64,000 nt of DNA from Nitrososphaerota archaeon (GTDB lineage: Archaea > Thermoproteota > EX4484-205 > JAAOZP01), in NCBI GenBank assembly GCA_011605725.1, contig JAAOZP010000019.1, forward strand, positions 23,278-87,277. Direction: 5' to 3'. A program made the translations under genes and the position numbers. Positions within the stretch are counted from its first letter, which is position 1. Each line of letters begins with the position of its first letter. Of the stretch, positions 1 to 10,235 are shown one piece after another. The notes beneath the pieces were generated by a model. That model saw only the letters and a program-made list of their open reading frames with translations. It was not told the origin of the DNA and did not search any database.

Positions 1-122
1 GAATCCACGACTATGATTTCTGCTCCGGGGAGGAATCTCTTAACGCGCTCTATAACTAGCCCTATTGATTTCTCCTCGTTCAGGGTTGGAATGATTACGG
101 ATACGTCGCTTTGATCCTGCAC
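1..122 (-). CDS. Glycosyltransferase family 2, N-terminal part (runs off window)
   Basis: Manual translation from GTG at 122: MQDQSDVSVIIPTLNEEKSIGLVIERVKRFLPGAEIIVVDS, the GT2 VSVIIPxxNE...EIIVVD motif. Confidence 0.85.
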   Translation of the reverse strand, partial: MQDQSDVSVIIPTLNEEKSIGLVIERVKRFLPGAEIIVVD

Positions 123-253
123 TGCGAAGGTTTTTCCTGTTCATCGGGCAAAATGTGTTTATCACGTGGATTGATTTCAGCCTTAAAGTTTCCTTGAGAA
201 AGTTTCTTTTAAAAAAATTCTCCTATTTTCAATTCACTTTTTAAAAAATCTTC

Positions 254-1888
254 TTAAAAAATCTTTTTCAAATCATTTTCGGAGATATTCAACTCCTTTA
301 ATGTTAAATCTCTTATTTTTGGTATGTAAAGGAGTATTATCGGAATATTTTCCAGTCCAATGTCCAAAACGTATTCTCTAACAGACTCGTAAAGCGTCTG
401 CACACTGCTGTCAGGGGTGAGAGAGATTGAGCCACGGTTTCCGATTGAGAAGAAGAGTCCAGACTCCCTGCAAGACTTAAGGTATTTCAGGATAAAGGAG
501 TTGACAAAGTTCTGAGCTGTACGCCTGCTCCATTTCATTCGGAAATGCGGGTGGTTGGAAACCAGGAACCCGGCTAGGTCCTTCTGCTGAACGGTTTTCC
601 CGCTTGCTGAATCAGGGTTCTGAAGCTCCAGGAACGTCATGCAGACCATTATGAACAGCGGGATCGGAGAGATGTTTTCCAGGTCGACTGCCCTCCTGCT
701 GCCAGCCGGCATCGGCCTGGGGCCCAGTATGAAGCCTGCTAAATCGCCCAGTGGAAAATCCTTATGGTTCTCCCATAGTTTAAGGATTTCTTCGGCAAGC
801 CTTTTCGAAAAAGATGTGTTTAGGCTGCTGATTGTCTGCGACGGCCGGATGTTTTTAAGCTCTCTTCTCAATTCTTCAATCGCCCCGCTGCTTGAAACAG
901 TCATTCTCTCGATTATTCTAGTCAAGACTTTTATCGCGTTATCCTGCTTCTCAATAGTCTTCTTGCTTACGTCAACATCCCTCCTAATCCCTTCTAGAAT
1001 GCTAAGCAGGTTGTCCATCGTCGCCTCTTCCTCGCTCCTGGTTTCAAACTGGCCTAGGGAGAACTGTTTAAGCCTAGAGTCCATAAGCTGAGCGTTTATG
1101 CTGAGCAGGAAAACTCCGGTGACTATCTTGGGGAAAACAGTATCGTACTCAGTGTAGCTCAGCCGGATTATTTCAGCACCCCCGGTTAATGAGAAGAATA
1201 CTACAGCAATATACGTTAGAAACATCATTATGTATACGCTAGCCCTATAGTTTAGAGCCACCTCGGCGGACAGGTAGAGAAATATCAGCTCAAGGAAGAA
1301 GATAAAGGTCTCGTACATGAACCATTGCGTCAGGTAGCGTGGGAGAAGTACATCGGACAGTACGAATGAAATTATGCTTGAGAAGCATATTACTAGTGTT
1401 CCAGCATAGAGCATGTATCTTACGCTCTTCCTGTTTTCAAAAGGCGAAACAAGTATCTGAATCTGGAATATGAATATTTTAGCGAGCACTGAGAGTATTA
1501 GGAATATGATGAGCATCGAGATCACGCCCCTAAGGTTTTGAAAGTATAGGAAGCTTGGCTTACCAAGGTAGAAAAGAACAGTGACGAAAATCATGAGAAT
1601 AGGCAGAATAGTGTAGGACGTAACCCGGAGGCTTTCAACAAGTATTAGGAAGGGGTTGGACTTGCTTCTTTCAAGCCTAAGCTTGTCCGCCCCGCCCACT
1701 ATGAGGGTTGCGGCCAGGACAACTGTACCAGCCTGAAGCATCGGAACAGCTAGGAAGAACTTGGCGACATCAAGCAGGATTGAGATTGAGAAAAGGTTTA
1801 TCGTGATTAGAAGCAGTATTATGTAGAGCTTGCTGAAGCCACGCGCGCGCATCCTGTAAAACTCCACTATCTCCCTTGGGCTAATCAA
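254..1888 (-). CDS. Hypothetical polytopic membrane protein with C-terminal coiled-coil and soluble domain
   Basis: 544-aa ORF; about 8 hydrophobic segments in the N-terminal half, heptad-rich middle. Confidence 0.6.
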   Translation of the reverse strand: MISPREIVEFYRMRARGFSKLYIILLLITINLFSISILLDVAKFFLAVPMLQAGTVVLAATLIVGGADKLRLERSKSNPFLILVESLRVTSYTILPILMIFVTVLFYLGKPSFLYFQNLRGVISMLIIFLILSVLAKIFIFQIQILVSPFENRKSVRYMLYAGTLVICFSSIISFVLSDVLLPRYLTQWFMYETFIFFLELIFLYLSAEVALNYRASVYIMMFLTYIAVVFFSLTGGAEIIRLSYTEYDTVFPKIVTGVFLLSINAQLMDSRLKQFSLGQFETRSEEEATMDNLLSILEGIRRDVDVSKKTIEKQDNAIKVLTRIIERMTVSSSGAIEELRRELKNIRPSQTISSLNTSFSKRLAEEILKLWENHKDFPLGDLAGFILGPRPMPAGSRRAVDLENISPIPLFIMVCMTFLELQNPDSASGKTVQQKDLAGFLVSNHPHFRMKWSRRTAQNFVNSFILKYLKSCRESGLFFSIGNRGSISLTPDSSVQTLYESVREYVLDIGLENIPIILLYIPKIRDLTLKELNISENDLKKIF

Positions 1889-1995
1889 CTCGGGCGTACC
1901 CTGCTGGTTAAGTATTTGTTTAAACGCTTATTTATTTTTCCACCCGCGCTGTCAAGCCGGTAAAGCTTATTTAACAGCCCTTTGAAGAACCTTTC

Positions 1996-2844
1996 ATGCC
2001 TAAGATGAAGGAGGTTAAAATAGGGATAATAGGAGGATCCGGGCTTTACACTCTTCTCGAGACGGCTGGACACCGGATTGTTGAAACACCGTTCGGAAAA
2101 ACGCCGAGAATAGAGCTTGGGTATATTGGCGGTAAGGCTGTTGCCTTCCTGCCGAGGCATGCTAAGCCGGGAAGCCTGAAGGTTTCACATGCTGTTCCAC
2201 CTTCAGAGATAAACTATAGGGCGAACATTTATGGTCTTAAGAAGCTTGGTGTTGAAAGAATATTCACAACCCAGGCGGCTGGCTCAATAAACCCAAACAT
2301 TAAACCGGGAGAATTCGTCATCGTCGACCAAGTTATAGATGCGACTAAGAGAAGAATACCTACTTTTTTCAACGGCAAGACAAAGATTAAAATCTTCAAG
2401 GATAAGCCTCCGGTCGGCGGAGTGGTGCACATCGATTTTACGAGTCCTTACTGCCCGGAGCTCAGGGAGGTTTTAAGAAAATCCTGTGAAGAGGAGAATA
2501 TATTCTGCCATCCGAGGGGCACTTACATATGTACTGAGGGCCCTAGGTTTGAGTCTCCGGCTGAAATAGCGGCTTACAGGAGTTGGGGTGCGGACGTAGT
2601 CGGGATGACTGGTTATCCGGAGGTGGCTTTGGCGAGGGAGCTTGGAATATGCTACGCTAGCATAGTTATGTCGACCAACTATGCTGCGGGCACGGGGCCG
2701 GTGAAGATTACGCATGAAGAGGTTAAAGAGATCTTTAACAGGAACATAGATAACGTTAAGAGGCTGCTTGCAAGAGCCGTTAAAAACACGCCGGACGAGA
2801 GGAAGTGCGAGTGCGCCAAGTCGCTTGAGGGAGCGACTGCCTAG
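1996..2844 (+). CDS. mtnP: S-methyl-5'-thioadenosine phosphorylase (MTAP)
   Basis: IGIIGGSGLY, FLPRH, EGPRFESPAE and VVGMT motifs. Confidence 0.92.
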   Translation: MPKMKEVKIGIIGGSGLYTLLETAGHRIVETPFGKTPRIELGYIGGKAVAFLPRHAKPGSLKVSHAVPPSEINYRANIYGLKKLGVERIFTTQAAGSINPNIKPGEFVIVDQVIDATKRRIPTFFNGKTKIKIFKDKPPVGGVVHIDFTSPYCPELREVLRKSCEEENIFCHPRGTYICTEGPRFESPAEIAAYRSWGADVVGMTGYPEVALARELGICYASIVMSTNYAAGTGPVKITHEEVKEIFNRNIDNVKRLLARAVKNTPDERKCECAKSLEGATA

Positions 2845-2850
2845 AACTGT

Positions 2851-4785
2851 TCAACTCTGTTCCCCCATCCAGTCCTCTTTCTCCAGGTTTTCAGGAGAAA
2901 CATAGTTTCCAAACTTTCTCTGTACTTTCGTCAAACGGTTTCTCTGCTCCTCAAGGATTTCGAATAATTCTTTCGGAGTGTCTTTAGTGTTCTCCTTGAA
3001 GAACCTTTCCACACGGTTTATTTTAGCCAGATTTTCACGGACGCGTGTCGTAAACTGTTTCACGTAATCCGCCTTAGAATACTCTACGCCACGCACCTCT
3101 CGGAAAAGCCTTCTTAAATCCTCGTATTTAGGAATCCAGCCTGTGGGGGTTTTTATGGCGTCAACTTCCCTGTGAACCCTCAGCTCCATCCATTTCATCC
3201 AAACCTGTTTATCCCGCCTATCGTTCAGAAACTCTCCAGTCTTCAAGTCTCTCAGAAAATAGTTAACCCCGAAGACAAGAGGCTGCTTCCTGAGCCTCCT
3301 GCCGAATTCAAGATTGTTGCGCACATACTCTCCAAACGGGATTGAAATGAAATCCTGTATGCTCATGATGTTTATCTCATACTTGCCCTCGTCTTCAACA
3401 AGCGTGAAAGTAGTTTCGGTTTCAAGCGCAGCCCCGTACGCGATAATGCCGTGTTCCCAGCTGAAGCTCTGTTGAACAGGCACGTAGCCCCGTGCGTCGC
3501 GACACCCGTATATGATTCCGCCGAGCTCCACACCCATCGGGTTGTCAAGCTCAGGGTCACAGTTCCCCAGTGCTTTAAGCGAAACCGTGTAACGGGCATT
3601 CTTATGGGCAGGCGGGATTTCCTCACCATTCTCATCCTTCTTACCCTCCCACCAGTAGCCAGTATAGTTCTCCCCGTCCTTCGGAATCTCGCAGCCCATG
3701 CCCAGCCAATAAGGCTTACCATTTTTCACGAGCACGTTTGAAAAAATCACTTCACCCGGCTTCGTAAGAACATCCCAGATTACAGGGTCGTCGACAGGGT
3801 TGATATCTTTAAGAATGCCGAAGATCCCGGCTTCAGCGTTAACTGCACGGCAGACACCGTCGATGTTTCTAAGGTAAGCAATGTCGTCGGCGAGAATAGT
3901 GTTTCCCGGCATCATTGCGGTAGAGGTTTTTCCGCACCCGCTTGGAAAAGCTCCTGCAAAATAGGTTTTACGCCCACTTGGGCCAATTACTCCTGTTATC
4001 ATCATGTGTTCTGCCAGCCATCCTTCCCGGTGTGCTTTACGGATCGTTAAGCGTAGAGCAAGCTTCTTGAAGCCAATACTGTTGCCACCGTACTGAGTGT
4101 TAACACTGTAAACAGTGTTTTCAACATAGTCTATGTAGATACGCTTCTTATCCGGCTCCATGCTGATCATTCTTTCATCCAGCTTACCGGCTGAGTGGAG
4201 GACGAGGAAAAGGTCGTCCGGGACATTTCCACGGCGAAACATTTCATACGCCGGGCGGTAGAGCAGGTCTACGGAGTGAGCAACATACCATGAGTCGGTG
4301 CACTCCATGCAGGGGATGCTGAATACTGAGCCGATTGGACCGAGCGAGAGGAAGCGGACGATCATCGTGCGTCCAAGCATAGTGTTTCTCAAAAGGCTCT
4401 TTATCTCTGCTAGGCCCTCCTCCCGTTCAACCTGGTTAAGAGCCTTGTCCAGAGAATCCCACTTGGGCACCAGGTATTTAGTGGACTCCCGGTCCCTACC
4501 CTGGTCACGCGGGCCGTCGAAGTGATAAGTGTGCCCCGGTGTCGCTAACGGTTTCTCCTCGCCTGAGGCAACTGCCTGACGCCTAACGTATGCAATGTCC
4601 TCCGGAGAATCGGAGCAGATGAAGACTCGACTCGGGTTGCAGAGCTCCACGGATTCGGAGATGAAACGGTGAACCCTGGGGACAGGTATGGCGGCAAGCT
4701 TCAAATAGTCAGACTGGCTCATCCTTATTCTCAAAGCTTCAAGGTACTGTTGCATTCCTCTCACCCAAGCATCCTTGGTAAGCAC
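2851..4785 (-). CDS. pckG: Phosphoenolpyruvate carboxykinase (GTP)
   Basis: KKLALRL, WLAEHM, GAFPSGCGKT, DDIA and NARY motifs; start codon uncertain. Confidence 0.93.
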   Translation of the reverse strand: MLTKDAWVRGMQQYLEALRIRMSQSDYLKLAAIPVPRVHRFISESVELCNPSRVFICSDSPEDIAYVRRQAVASGEEKPLATPGHTYHFDGPRDQGRDRESTKYLVPKWDSLDKALNQVEREEGLAEIKSLLRNTMLGRTMIVRFLSLGPIGSVFSIPCMECTDSWYVAHSVDLLYRPAYEMFRRGNVPDDLFLVLHSAGKLDERMISMEPDKKRIYIDYVENTVYSVNTQYGGNSIGFKKLALRLTIRKAHREGWLAEHMMITGVIGPSGRKTYFAGAFPSGCGKTSTAMMPGNTILADDIAYLRNIDGVCRAVNAEAGIFGILKDINPVDDPVIWDVLTKPGEVIFSNVLVKNGKPYWLGMGCEIPKDGENYTGYWWEGKKDENGEEIPPAHKNARYTVSLKALGNCDPELDNPMGVELGGIIYGCRDARGYVPVQQSFSWEHGIIAYGAALETETTFTLVEDEGKYEINIMSIQDFISIPFGEYVRNNLEFGRRLRKQPLVFGVNYFLRDLKTGEFLNDRRDKQVWMKWMELRVHREVDAIKTPTGWIPKYEDLRRLFREVRGVEYSKADYVKQFTTRVRENLAKINRVERFFKENTKDTPKELFEILEEQRNRLTKVQRKFGNYVSPENLEKEDWMGEQS

Positions 4786-5129
4786 CCGGCCTAACAGTTC
4801 TACATGTTTTTAGACGCATGTCCTCAGCCGATCTAGCAACCATGCTTGCCGCGGCCTCGTGTAGGTGATGCTTAAAAAGTTTCTCTGGAACAGGAGTCTA
4901 TTTATTACGGATTCTGATTAATGCTTTAAACGCTGAAGACTGGCACATGTTTAAACCAGTGAAGCAATCATCCTTCCAAGCGGCGCTCAGCCCCTTCTTC
5001 TCGTGTTGAATTCTCCAAACCTGGTTAAAAGGCAGTGAGCAGGTTGACTGAATCCCTTCGCAACCCGTAGAGAAAGGTTAATAAAGCCTCTTGCGAAAAG
5101 GCTTCGCCAGCCGCCCGTGGGGACGGCTA

Positions 5130-5181
5130 GGAGATGGAGCTCTCCTCCAACCGCCTTTAAACGAGGCTGATAGCTCCTACC
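5130..5181 (+). ncRNA. Fluoride (crcB) riboswitch
   Basis: GGAGATGGAGCTCTCC-TCC-AACCGCC-TTTAAACGA-GGCTGATAGCTCCTAC fits the crcB pattern GGnGAUGGnGUyCnCC...AACCGC...GCUGAUrnnnCCUAC; GGAGC/GCTCC pseudoknot pairing; about 10 nt upstream of ORF 5191. Confidence 0.85.
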
Positions 5182-5190
5182 CTGTAACGT

Positions 5191-6081
5191 ATGGAGGATG
5201 GTGCATTGGGAACAGAGGCGGTTAGGATCGGGAGAAGAATTCTCCTGTGGAAAACAGTGCAATATATTACTGCGAGGCAGAATGAGGATGGGGGTTATAC
5301 GTCTGTCCAGTACACTGACTCAACCCTCTACGATACTTATCTTGCGTTAGAGACCCTTAGAATGCTTAAAGCAAGGCCTCCCAGGGTTGACGACACTATC
5401 TCGTGGGTTAAAAACTATAATGCTTTGAACATTAGGGATTACTACCTGATCAATAAGATACTCAATATTCTCAACCAGCCTATGGTGGATGTTTCCAGCA
5501 TGGTTCTCGAACTCATGGATTCTACTGGAAGATTTGGAGCGGAAGATGTTGATGTTGAGTCGGTTTCCGAGCTTGAAACAACATTCATGTGCGTAGAGCT
5601 CATGAACATGCTTAACCTTAAGCAGAACCGTGAGAAGATAATTGGCTACATCCTCTCCCTCAAGAATCCTGACGGTGGTTTTGGCACTGTAGAATCAAGT
5701 TTAAACTCGACATTCTACGCCCTTAAAACCCTTTCAGAGCTGAATCATCCTGTCGGGAAGGCTGAGGACACGCTTCGCTTCGTCAGGCTTCACGAGAATC
5801 CGGAGGGAGGCTTCTCCCTTAAGCCTGGAGTCAAGCCCTCCTTCATGGAGCCAACCTTCATGGGGTTGATATGCCTCCAAATCCTAGGGGAGGAGCCCCT
5901 TTACTCTGAAGAGACCATAAGCTTCATCCTGGGTTGTCAAAACACTAACGGCGGCTTCAGGAGAAGCCTGGAACACGGCATCTCTTCATTCGAATACACT
6001 TTTCAAGCAGTTTCCTCGCTAAGAATGCTGGGCATTGAGGTGGAAGCATTTGAGCAGCAATTCACTCGACAGGAAGCATGA
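5191..6081 (+). CDS. Prenyltransferase/squalene oxidase repeat protein
   Basis: Repeated QNEDGGY, KNPDGGF, ENPEGGF and QNTNGGF motifs. Confidence 0.85.
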   Translation: MEDGALGTEAVRIGRRILLWKTVQYITARQNEDGGYTSVQYTDSTLYDTYLALETLRMLKARPPRVDDTISWVKNYNALNIRDYYLINKILNILNQPMVDVSSMVLELMDSTGRFGAEDVDVESVSELETTFMCVELMNMLNLKQNREKIIGYILSLKNPDGGFGTVESSLNSTFYALKTLSELNHPVGKAEDTLRFVRLHENPEGGFSLKPGVKPSFMEPTFMGLICLQILGEEPLYSEETISFILGCQNTNGGFRRSLEHGISSFEYTFQAVSSLRMLGIEVEAFEQQFTRQEA

Positions 6082-6520
6082 AAGGTTTGTTTTCTCCGCT
6101 GCCCTAGCACTCCGGAAATACGTTAAAGATCTGAAGAAAATCGTTTTAGAGGGCGAGGCTCCGGAAGCATCTGGAATAGCTGGGAGTCCGGCGCCGCTTC
6201 CACGCGAGGAGGCTGAGAAGCTTATTGGAAGACTAAGTGAAGTCGAGAAGATAGTTGACGAGTTCATTGAAAAGTTCAATCCAGGCGTCAGGAGTGAGCC
6301 GAGCCTAAGCCTGACATACATATGGATCAGCATAATGCTTGGAAAGATGGAGGGCATAGTTGAGAGCATGGAGCCGCGGAGCCTCAGTAAAACCAGAGGA
6401 GAGATGCCGCGTGATCTTGAAACATATCTCGATAAGCAGGTTAAGAATCTCCTAAGCATTATCAGGGATCTGAGGTCAACCTACACGACTGCTAAGAGGA
6501 AAACACAGTCGCTTGAGTAA
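6035..6520 (+). CDS. Hypothetical helical protein, overlapping the upstream prenyltransferase-repeat gene
   Basis: 161-aa ORF overlapping the upstream gene. Confidence 0.6.
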   Translation: MRWKHLSSNSLDRKHERFVFSAALALRKYVKDLKKIVLEGEAPEASGIAGSPAPLPREEAEKLIGRLSEVEKIVDEFIEKFNPGVRSEPSLSLTYIWISIMLGKMEGIVESMEPRSLSKTRGEMPRDLETYLDKQVKNLLSIIRDLRSTYTTAKRKTQSLE

Positions 6521-6758
6521 GCATTATGTTTATCGCCTGGCCTAGTTTAAAGTGCTGTTGGCGATATCTATTCTACAACTCCACTCTACTATTTAACGAG
6601 GACTAAGAAAAGGACCCTGGGGATGCAGGAAACTTAAGAAATAGGCTGGCAACGCTGCTCGTAGTGAAAACCTGTCGCGCGCTGCAGGATTACGTGTGTT
6701 GAAAGTTTTTAAACAACCGGTTTAGCGGAAGCATCATGTTAAGTCGAGGTAAAGATAA

Positions 6759-7817
6759 ATGGTATTAATAAGAAGGATTTTTATTCTGCCTGTTCTCATC
6801 ATTATCGCATTGACAATTATCTTCATATTCAGCCGTCTGAATCAGCCTGAGGTAGAGGTAATAAAACCCGCGGATTCTCCTGAAAATCCTGATCGAGGCT
6901 TCTTCATGGGGGTTCTACCTGTTCCGGGCGATGGCCAGTCTTTTGAAGAGGCTTATTCTCAAGCGGCACAATACTGCGAGTTCACACCTGTTTGGGGAAG
7001 ACCAACACCATTCTACAGTCTTGCTGGAGAACTGTCTGGAAGCTGGGGACGAGAATTTTTAGATAGGAATATACGTGGAAACGGGATGTTTCCATTAATC
7101 CATGTTTCCTTCATCGGACCTAACGTTACGCTCGTGGCTCCGCCGAGTATGAAGAATGCTACTCTAAACAGTCCAGCATGGAGAGAAGCCTATAAGCAGG
7201 CTGTTCTTGACGTGGTGAAGTCTTCAAGACCCTTATATCTTTCGATTGGCAACGAGGTTAACCGCTGGTATGAGAATCACGGTAAGGCGGATAATAATCC
7301 TAATGGTTTTCAACACTTTGTCAGCCTTTATGAAGAAATATATGATGCTGTAAAGAGGCTTTCCCCTGAAACCAAAGTTTTCTGTACTTTTGCCCGCGAG
7401 ATAGTGTCTGAGAATCGGGAAGCAGACCTAACTGTTCTATCCATGTTCAACCCTGGGAAAATGGATCTCCTCGTCTTCACGAGCTATCCCTACGCTGTCC
7501 ATGGGATAAACAGGCCTTCTGACATTCCTGACGACTATTATTCTGAAGCATTAAGATACATGCCGGGCAAGCTATTCGGCTTCAGCGAACTAGGATGGCC
7601 TTCAATGGAGGCTTTCGGCGGCGAACAGGCGCAGGCCGACTTCATAATTCAAATAGTGGGGCGGCTCACTAGGGAGCGGGGAATAAACCTGCACCTGCTT
7701 GGTTGGGCGTGGCTGCACGATTTGAATGAGAACGACTATATTGGTCTAATAAAGAGAAACGGGGAGGAGAAGCTTGCCTACGCGACGTGGAAAAACATTT
7801 CGGGATTAATCAGGTAA
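6759..7817 (+). CDS. Membrane-anchored glycoside hydrolase-like TIM-barrel protein (clan GH-A-like)
   Basis: N-terminal TM segment; IGNEVN acid/base and FSELGW nucleophile motifs. Confidence 0.7.
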   Translation: MVLIRRIFILPVLIIIALTIIFIFSRLNQPEVEVIKPADSPENPDRGFFMGVLPVPGDGQSFEEAYSQAAQYCEFTPVWGRPTPFYSLAGELSGSWGREFLDRNIRGNGMFPLIHVSFIGPNVTLVAPPSMKNATLNSPAWREAYKQAVLDVVKSSRPLYLSIGNEVNRWYENHGKADNNPNGFQHFVSLYEEIYDAVKRLSPETKVFCTFAREIVSENREADLTVLSMFNPGKMDLLVFTSYPYAVHGINRPSDIPDDYYSEALRYMPGKLFGFSELGWPSMEAFGGEQAQADFIIQIVGRLTRERGINLHLLGWAWLHDLNENDYIGLIKRNGEEKLAYATWKNISGLIR

Positions 7818-7861
7818 CGTGAGTCAAAATTTAAATAAAAGGTTGAAGCTCTCAACGGGAG

Positions 7862-8827
7862 ATGATTAAAACAGCTTTGTTTACAGTGACATATTGCGGT
7901 CTTTGGTATAAGGGGGATGCTTTACCATTGAAGGAACAGATTAGGAAGGCTAGGGAACTGGGTTTCGAAGGAATAACCGTAGAGACTAAAAGGCCAGTGG
8001 CATTACCCTGCGACCTAGACTTGCCTGTGAGGAAAGAAGTGGTAGAGCTGGCTTGCTCTCATGATATTAGGATTGCTGCTGTCGAAACCATGTCGAACTT
8101 CGTCAGCCCGATTATTGAGGAACGGGAAAACAATCTGTGCATGGTGAAAGAATCCATAAGGCTTGCGGCGGACTTAAACACGAACATAGTGAAGGTTTTC
8201 GCAGCCTGGCCAGGCACCTCTAGGTACGATGACATGGGGACTTACGATTTCGGATATAGGCTTTTCGACTTTAAGAGCATGTTTGCAACTAGAGATAAAA
8301 TGTGGAGATGGGCTGTACAGGGGATTCGGGGAGCAGCCAAATGGGCCGGTGACTATGGGATTGTGATCGCGCTGCAAAACCATCCGCCAGTAATAAGGCT
8401 CGGGTATGAGGACGCGCTGCAAATGGTTAGGGAAGCCGGCATGGATAATGTGAAACTGTGTCTGGACGCTCCTCTATTAACTGATCAGAGTGACAAGTAT
8501 ATTCGGGAGGCTGTGGATTCATGTAAAGAGATCGGTATAGTCCTCTCCCACTACAGCTCATCCTCGTTCGACGAATCTCCCTCCGGGGAAATCATTATGA
8601 AGCGCAGCCAACTTATTGGAGACCAGTATGTAAACTACCCCACGTTCATAAGGGAGCTTAAGAGAATAGGCTACGACGGGTTCCTTTCCTCCGAGGAGTG
8701 TTCACCCGTGTTAGAGAACCATGAGTATCAAGGGATCGAAGTGGTTGATAGGCATGTCAAAGCAGCATTGAAATACGTGAAGAAACTGATTGCTGACGGC
8801 ATGGAGCCGAAGGTGGTTAAACGCTAA
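7862..8827 (+). CDS. Sugar phosphate isomerase/epimerase (xylose isomerase-like TIM barrel)
   Basis: ARELGFEGI, IALQNH, VKLCLD and GYDGFLSSE motifs. Confidence 0.85.
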   Translation: MIKTALFTVTYCGLWYKGDALPLKEQIRKARELGFEGITVETKRPVALPCDLDLPVRKEVVELACSHDIRIAAVETMSNFVSPIIEERENNLCMVKESIRLAADLNTNIVKVFAAWPGTSRYDDMGTYDFGYRLFDFKSMFATRDKMWRWAVQGIRGAAKWAGDYGIVIALQNHPPVIRLGYEDALQMVREAGMDNVKLCLDAPLLTDQSDKYIREAVDSCKEIGIVLSHYSSSSFDESPSGEIIMKRSQLIGDQYVNYPTFIRELKRIGYDGFLSSEECSPVLENHEYQGIEVVDRHVKAALKYVKKLIADGMEPKVVKR

Positions 8828-9425
8828 GCAGGCTTAGCGCAGCGTTAAGGAGAAAAACTGTTCCGAACAGTATGAAGACTACTCCGCTTACAAGCTTAAC
8901 AAGCCTTAGGGGTATGGGCCTCAGGAGCCGGCTGCCGATTAGAACCCCGAGTCCAGTTATGACTGTGAAGGCCATGGCTGTTCCGGCGTAAACCAAGAGG
9001 GGCATGTTACACTCTGCTGCAAGCGCTATCACGGCCAGCTGCGTCTTATCCCCAAGCTCCATCAAGGCGACAATGAAGAAGACGGACAGGGCAACAGACT
9101 TTGACCCGAACTTCTCAGTCTGCTCCGTCTCCTCTTTCCTAGAGGATAGAATAGTGTATGCTCCGAAAACCAGGAATAGGGTTGCTGACGCGACACGTAT
9201 TATGAGCATGGGGATAATCATGGTTAACGCTTCCCCGATAACCACACCTAACCCTGAAACCAGTAGTAAAGCCAAAATCCCCCCTGTGAAGACGGGAAGA
9301 GCATCGCGATGAGACGATAAGGCTATGACTGCAAGCTGAGTCTTATCGCCCAGCTCTGCAGCCATCACCATCAGGAAAGAGGCTAAGAGTGGCGTTAAAT
9401 CCATCAGCCGGAGAATAAATCCCAA
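8817..9425 (-). CDS. TMEM165/GDT1 (UPF0016) family Mn2+/Ca2+ transporter
   Basis: Two ELGDKTQLA motifs. Confidence 0.92.
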   Translation of the reverse strand: MGFILRLMDLTPLLASFLMVMAAELGDKTQLAVIALSSHRDALPVFTGGILALLLVSGLGVVIGEALTMIIPMLIIRVASATLFLVFGAYTILSSRKEETEQTEKFGSKSVALSVFFIVALMELGDKTQLAVIALAAECNMPLLVYAGTAMAFTVITGLGVLIGSRLLRPIPLRLVKLVSGVVFILFGTVFLLNAALSLLSV

Positions 9426-9488
9426 CTATATAAGCCTAAGGTTTTCCTGGTCTTAGTGTGGAAAACGGGTGAGGAGCCTCGTAAAGCC

Positions 9489-9764
9489 TTACTCAAGCCT
9501 TTTTATTATATGCCAGCCGAACCTTGTCTTCACAGGCTGGGAAACCTCGCCTTTTTTCAATGCGAAGGCGGCTGTTTCAAACTCGCGCACCATCTGTCCC
9601 CTGCCGAAGAACCCTAAGTCTCCCCCTCTTCTCCTAGATGGGCACAGCGATTTCTCGGAGGCCAGCTTAGAGAAGCTCACGCCCTTCTTCAACTGTTCAA
9701 GGACATCCTTAGCCTCCTGCTCCGTCTTAACTAGGATATGGGCGCAATGTATTTTATCGGGCAT
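9489..9764 (-). CDS. Parvulin-type peptidyl-prolyl isomerase
   Basis: HILVK, SLCPS, GGDLGFF and TRFGWHII motifs. Confidence 0.93.
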   Translation of the reverse strand: MPDKIHCAHILVKTEQEAKDVLEQLKKGVSFSKLASEKSLCPSRRRGGDLGFFGRGQMVREFETAAFALKKGEVSQPVKTRFGWHIIKRLE

Positions 9765-10052
9765 GCTTCAGCCAAGCCCCTGCCCTTATAAGCGTTTTAG
9801 CGTGATTCGGCATGCTAACAAATTCACTTGGTGCACTGGAGATGGAAATTCCACCGTCGAAACTCAAGTAATAAGGTAGTCTCTGCAAACAAGCCCTGTT
9901 TGAGCAGTTGCCTTAATATGTCGGGTTCTTCTTGCTTCAATATGCGAGTTATCTCTTGATTAGGAGCCACAGCAAATCATAAAAAAGGTAAGCGCGCGCT
10001 AAATTTTTGAAATAAAACTTTTTATTCACCTCCTCTATTTACCTCTTTATCA

Positions 10053-10141
10053 GCGGCGTTCGTCTAGTCTGGCCAGGACATCAGCCTGCCATCGACATCG
10101 GCGGACCGCTGGTAACCCGGGTTCAAATCCCGGACGCCGCA
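10053..10141 (+). tRNA. tRNA-Gly(GCC) with 15-nt intron at 37/38 (10092-10106)
   Basis: Acceptor GCGGCGT/ACGCCGC, anticodon arm TCAGC-CTGCCA..C-GCTGG, T arm CCGGG-TTCAAAT-CCCGG. Confidence 0.93.
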
Positions 10142-10208
10142 TCCGTTTTTATCAGGCTTCAGACAATGATTTATGTTTCATAAATAAGTTAGCAATGCTT
10201 ATTAACAT

Positions 10209-10229
10209 GTTACTATTAGCAATAGTAAC
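10209..10229. promoter_or_regulatory. Palindromic operator GTTACTA-N7-TAGTAAC upstream of htrA (putative BlaI-family box)
   Basis: GTTACTATTAGCAATAGTAAC; same arms as the boxes at 14783 and 14817. Confidence 0.7.
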
Positions 10230-10235
10230 TTAAAA

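Noticed and set aside
1842-1850. CGCGCGCGC inside ORF 254-1888
   Set aside because: It lacks the TA/AG flanks and encodes MRARG in an apparently intact gene, so it was not counted as a junction.
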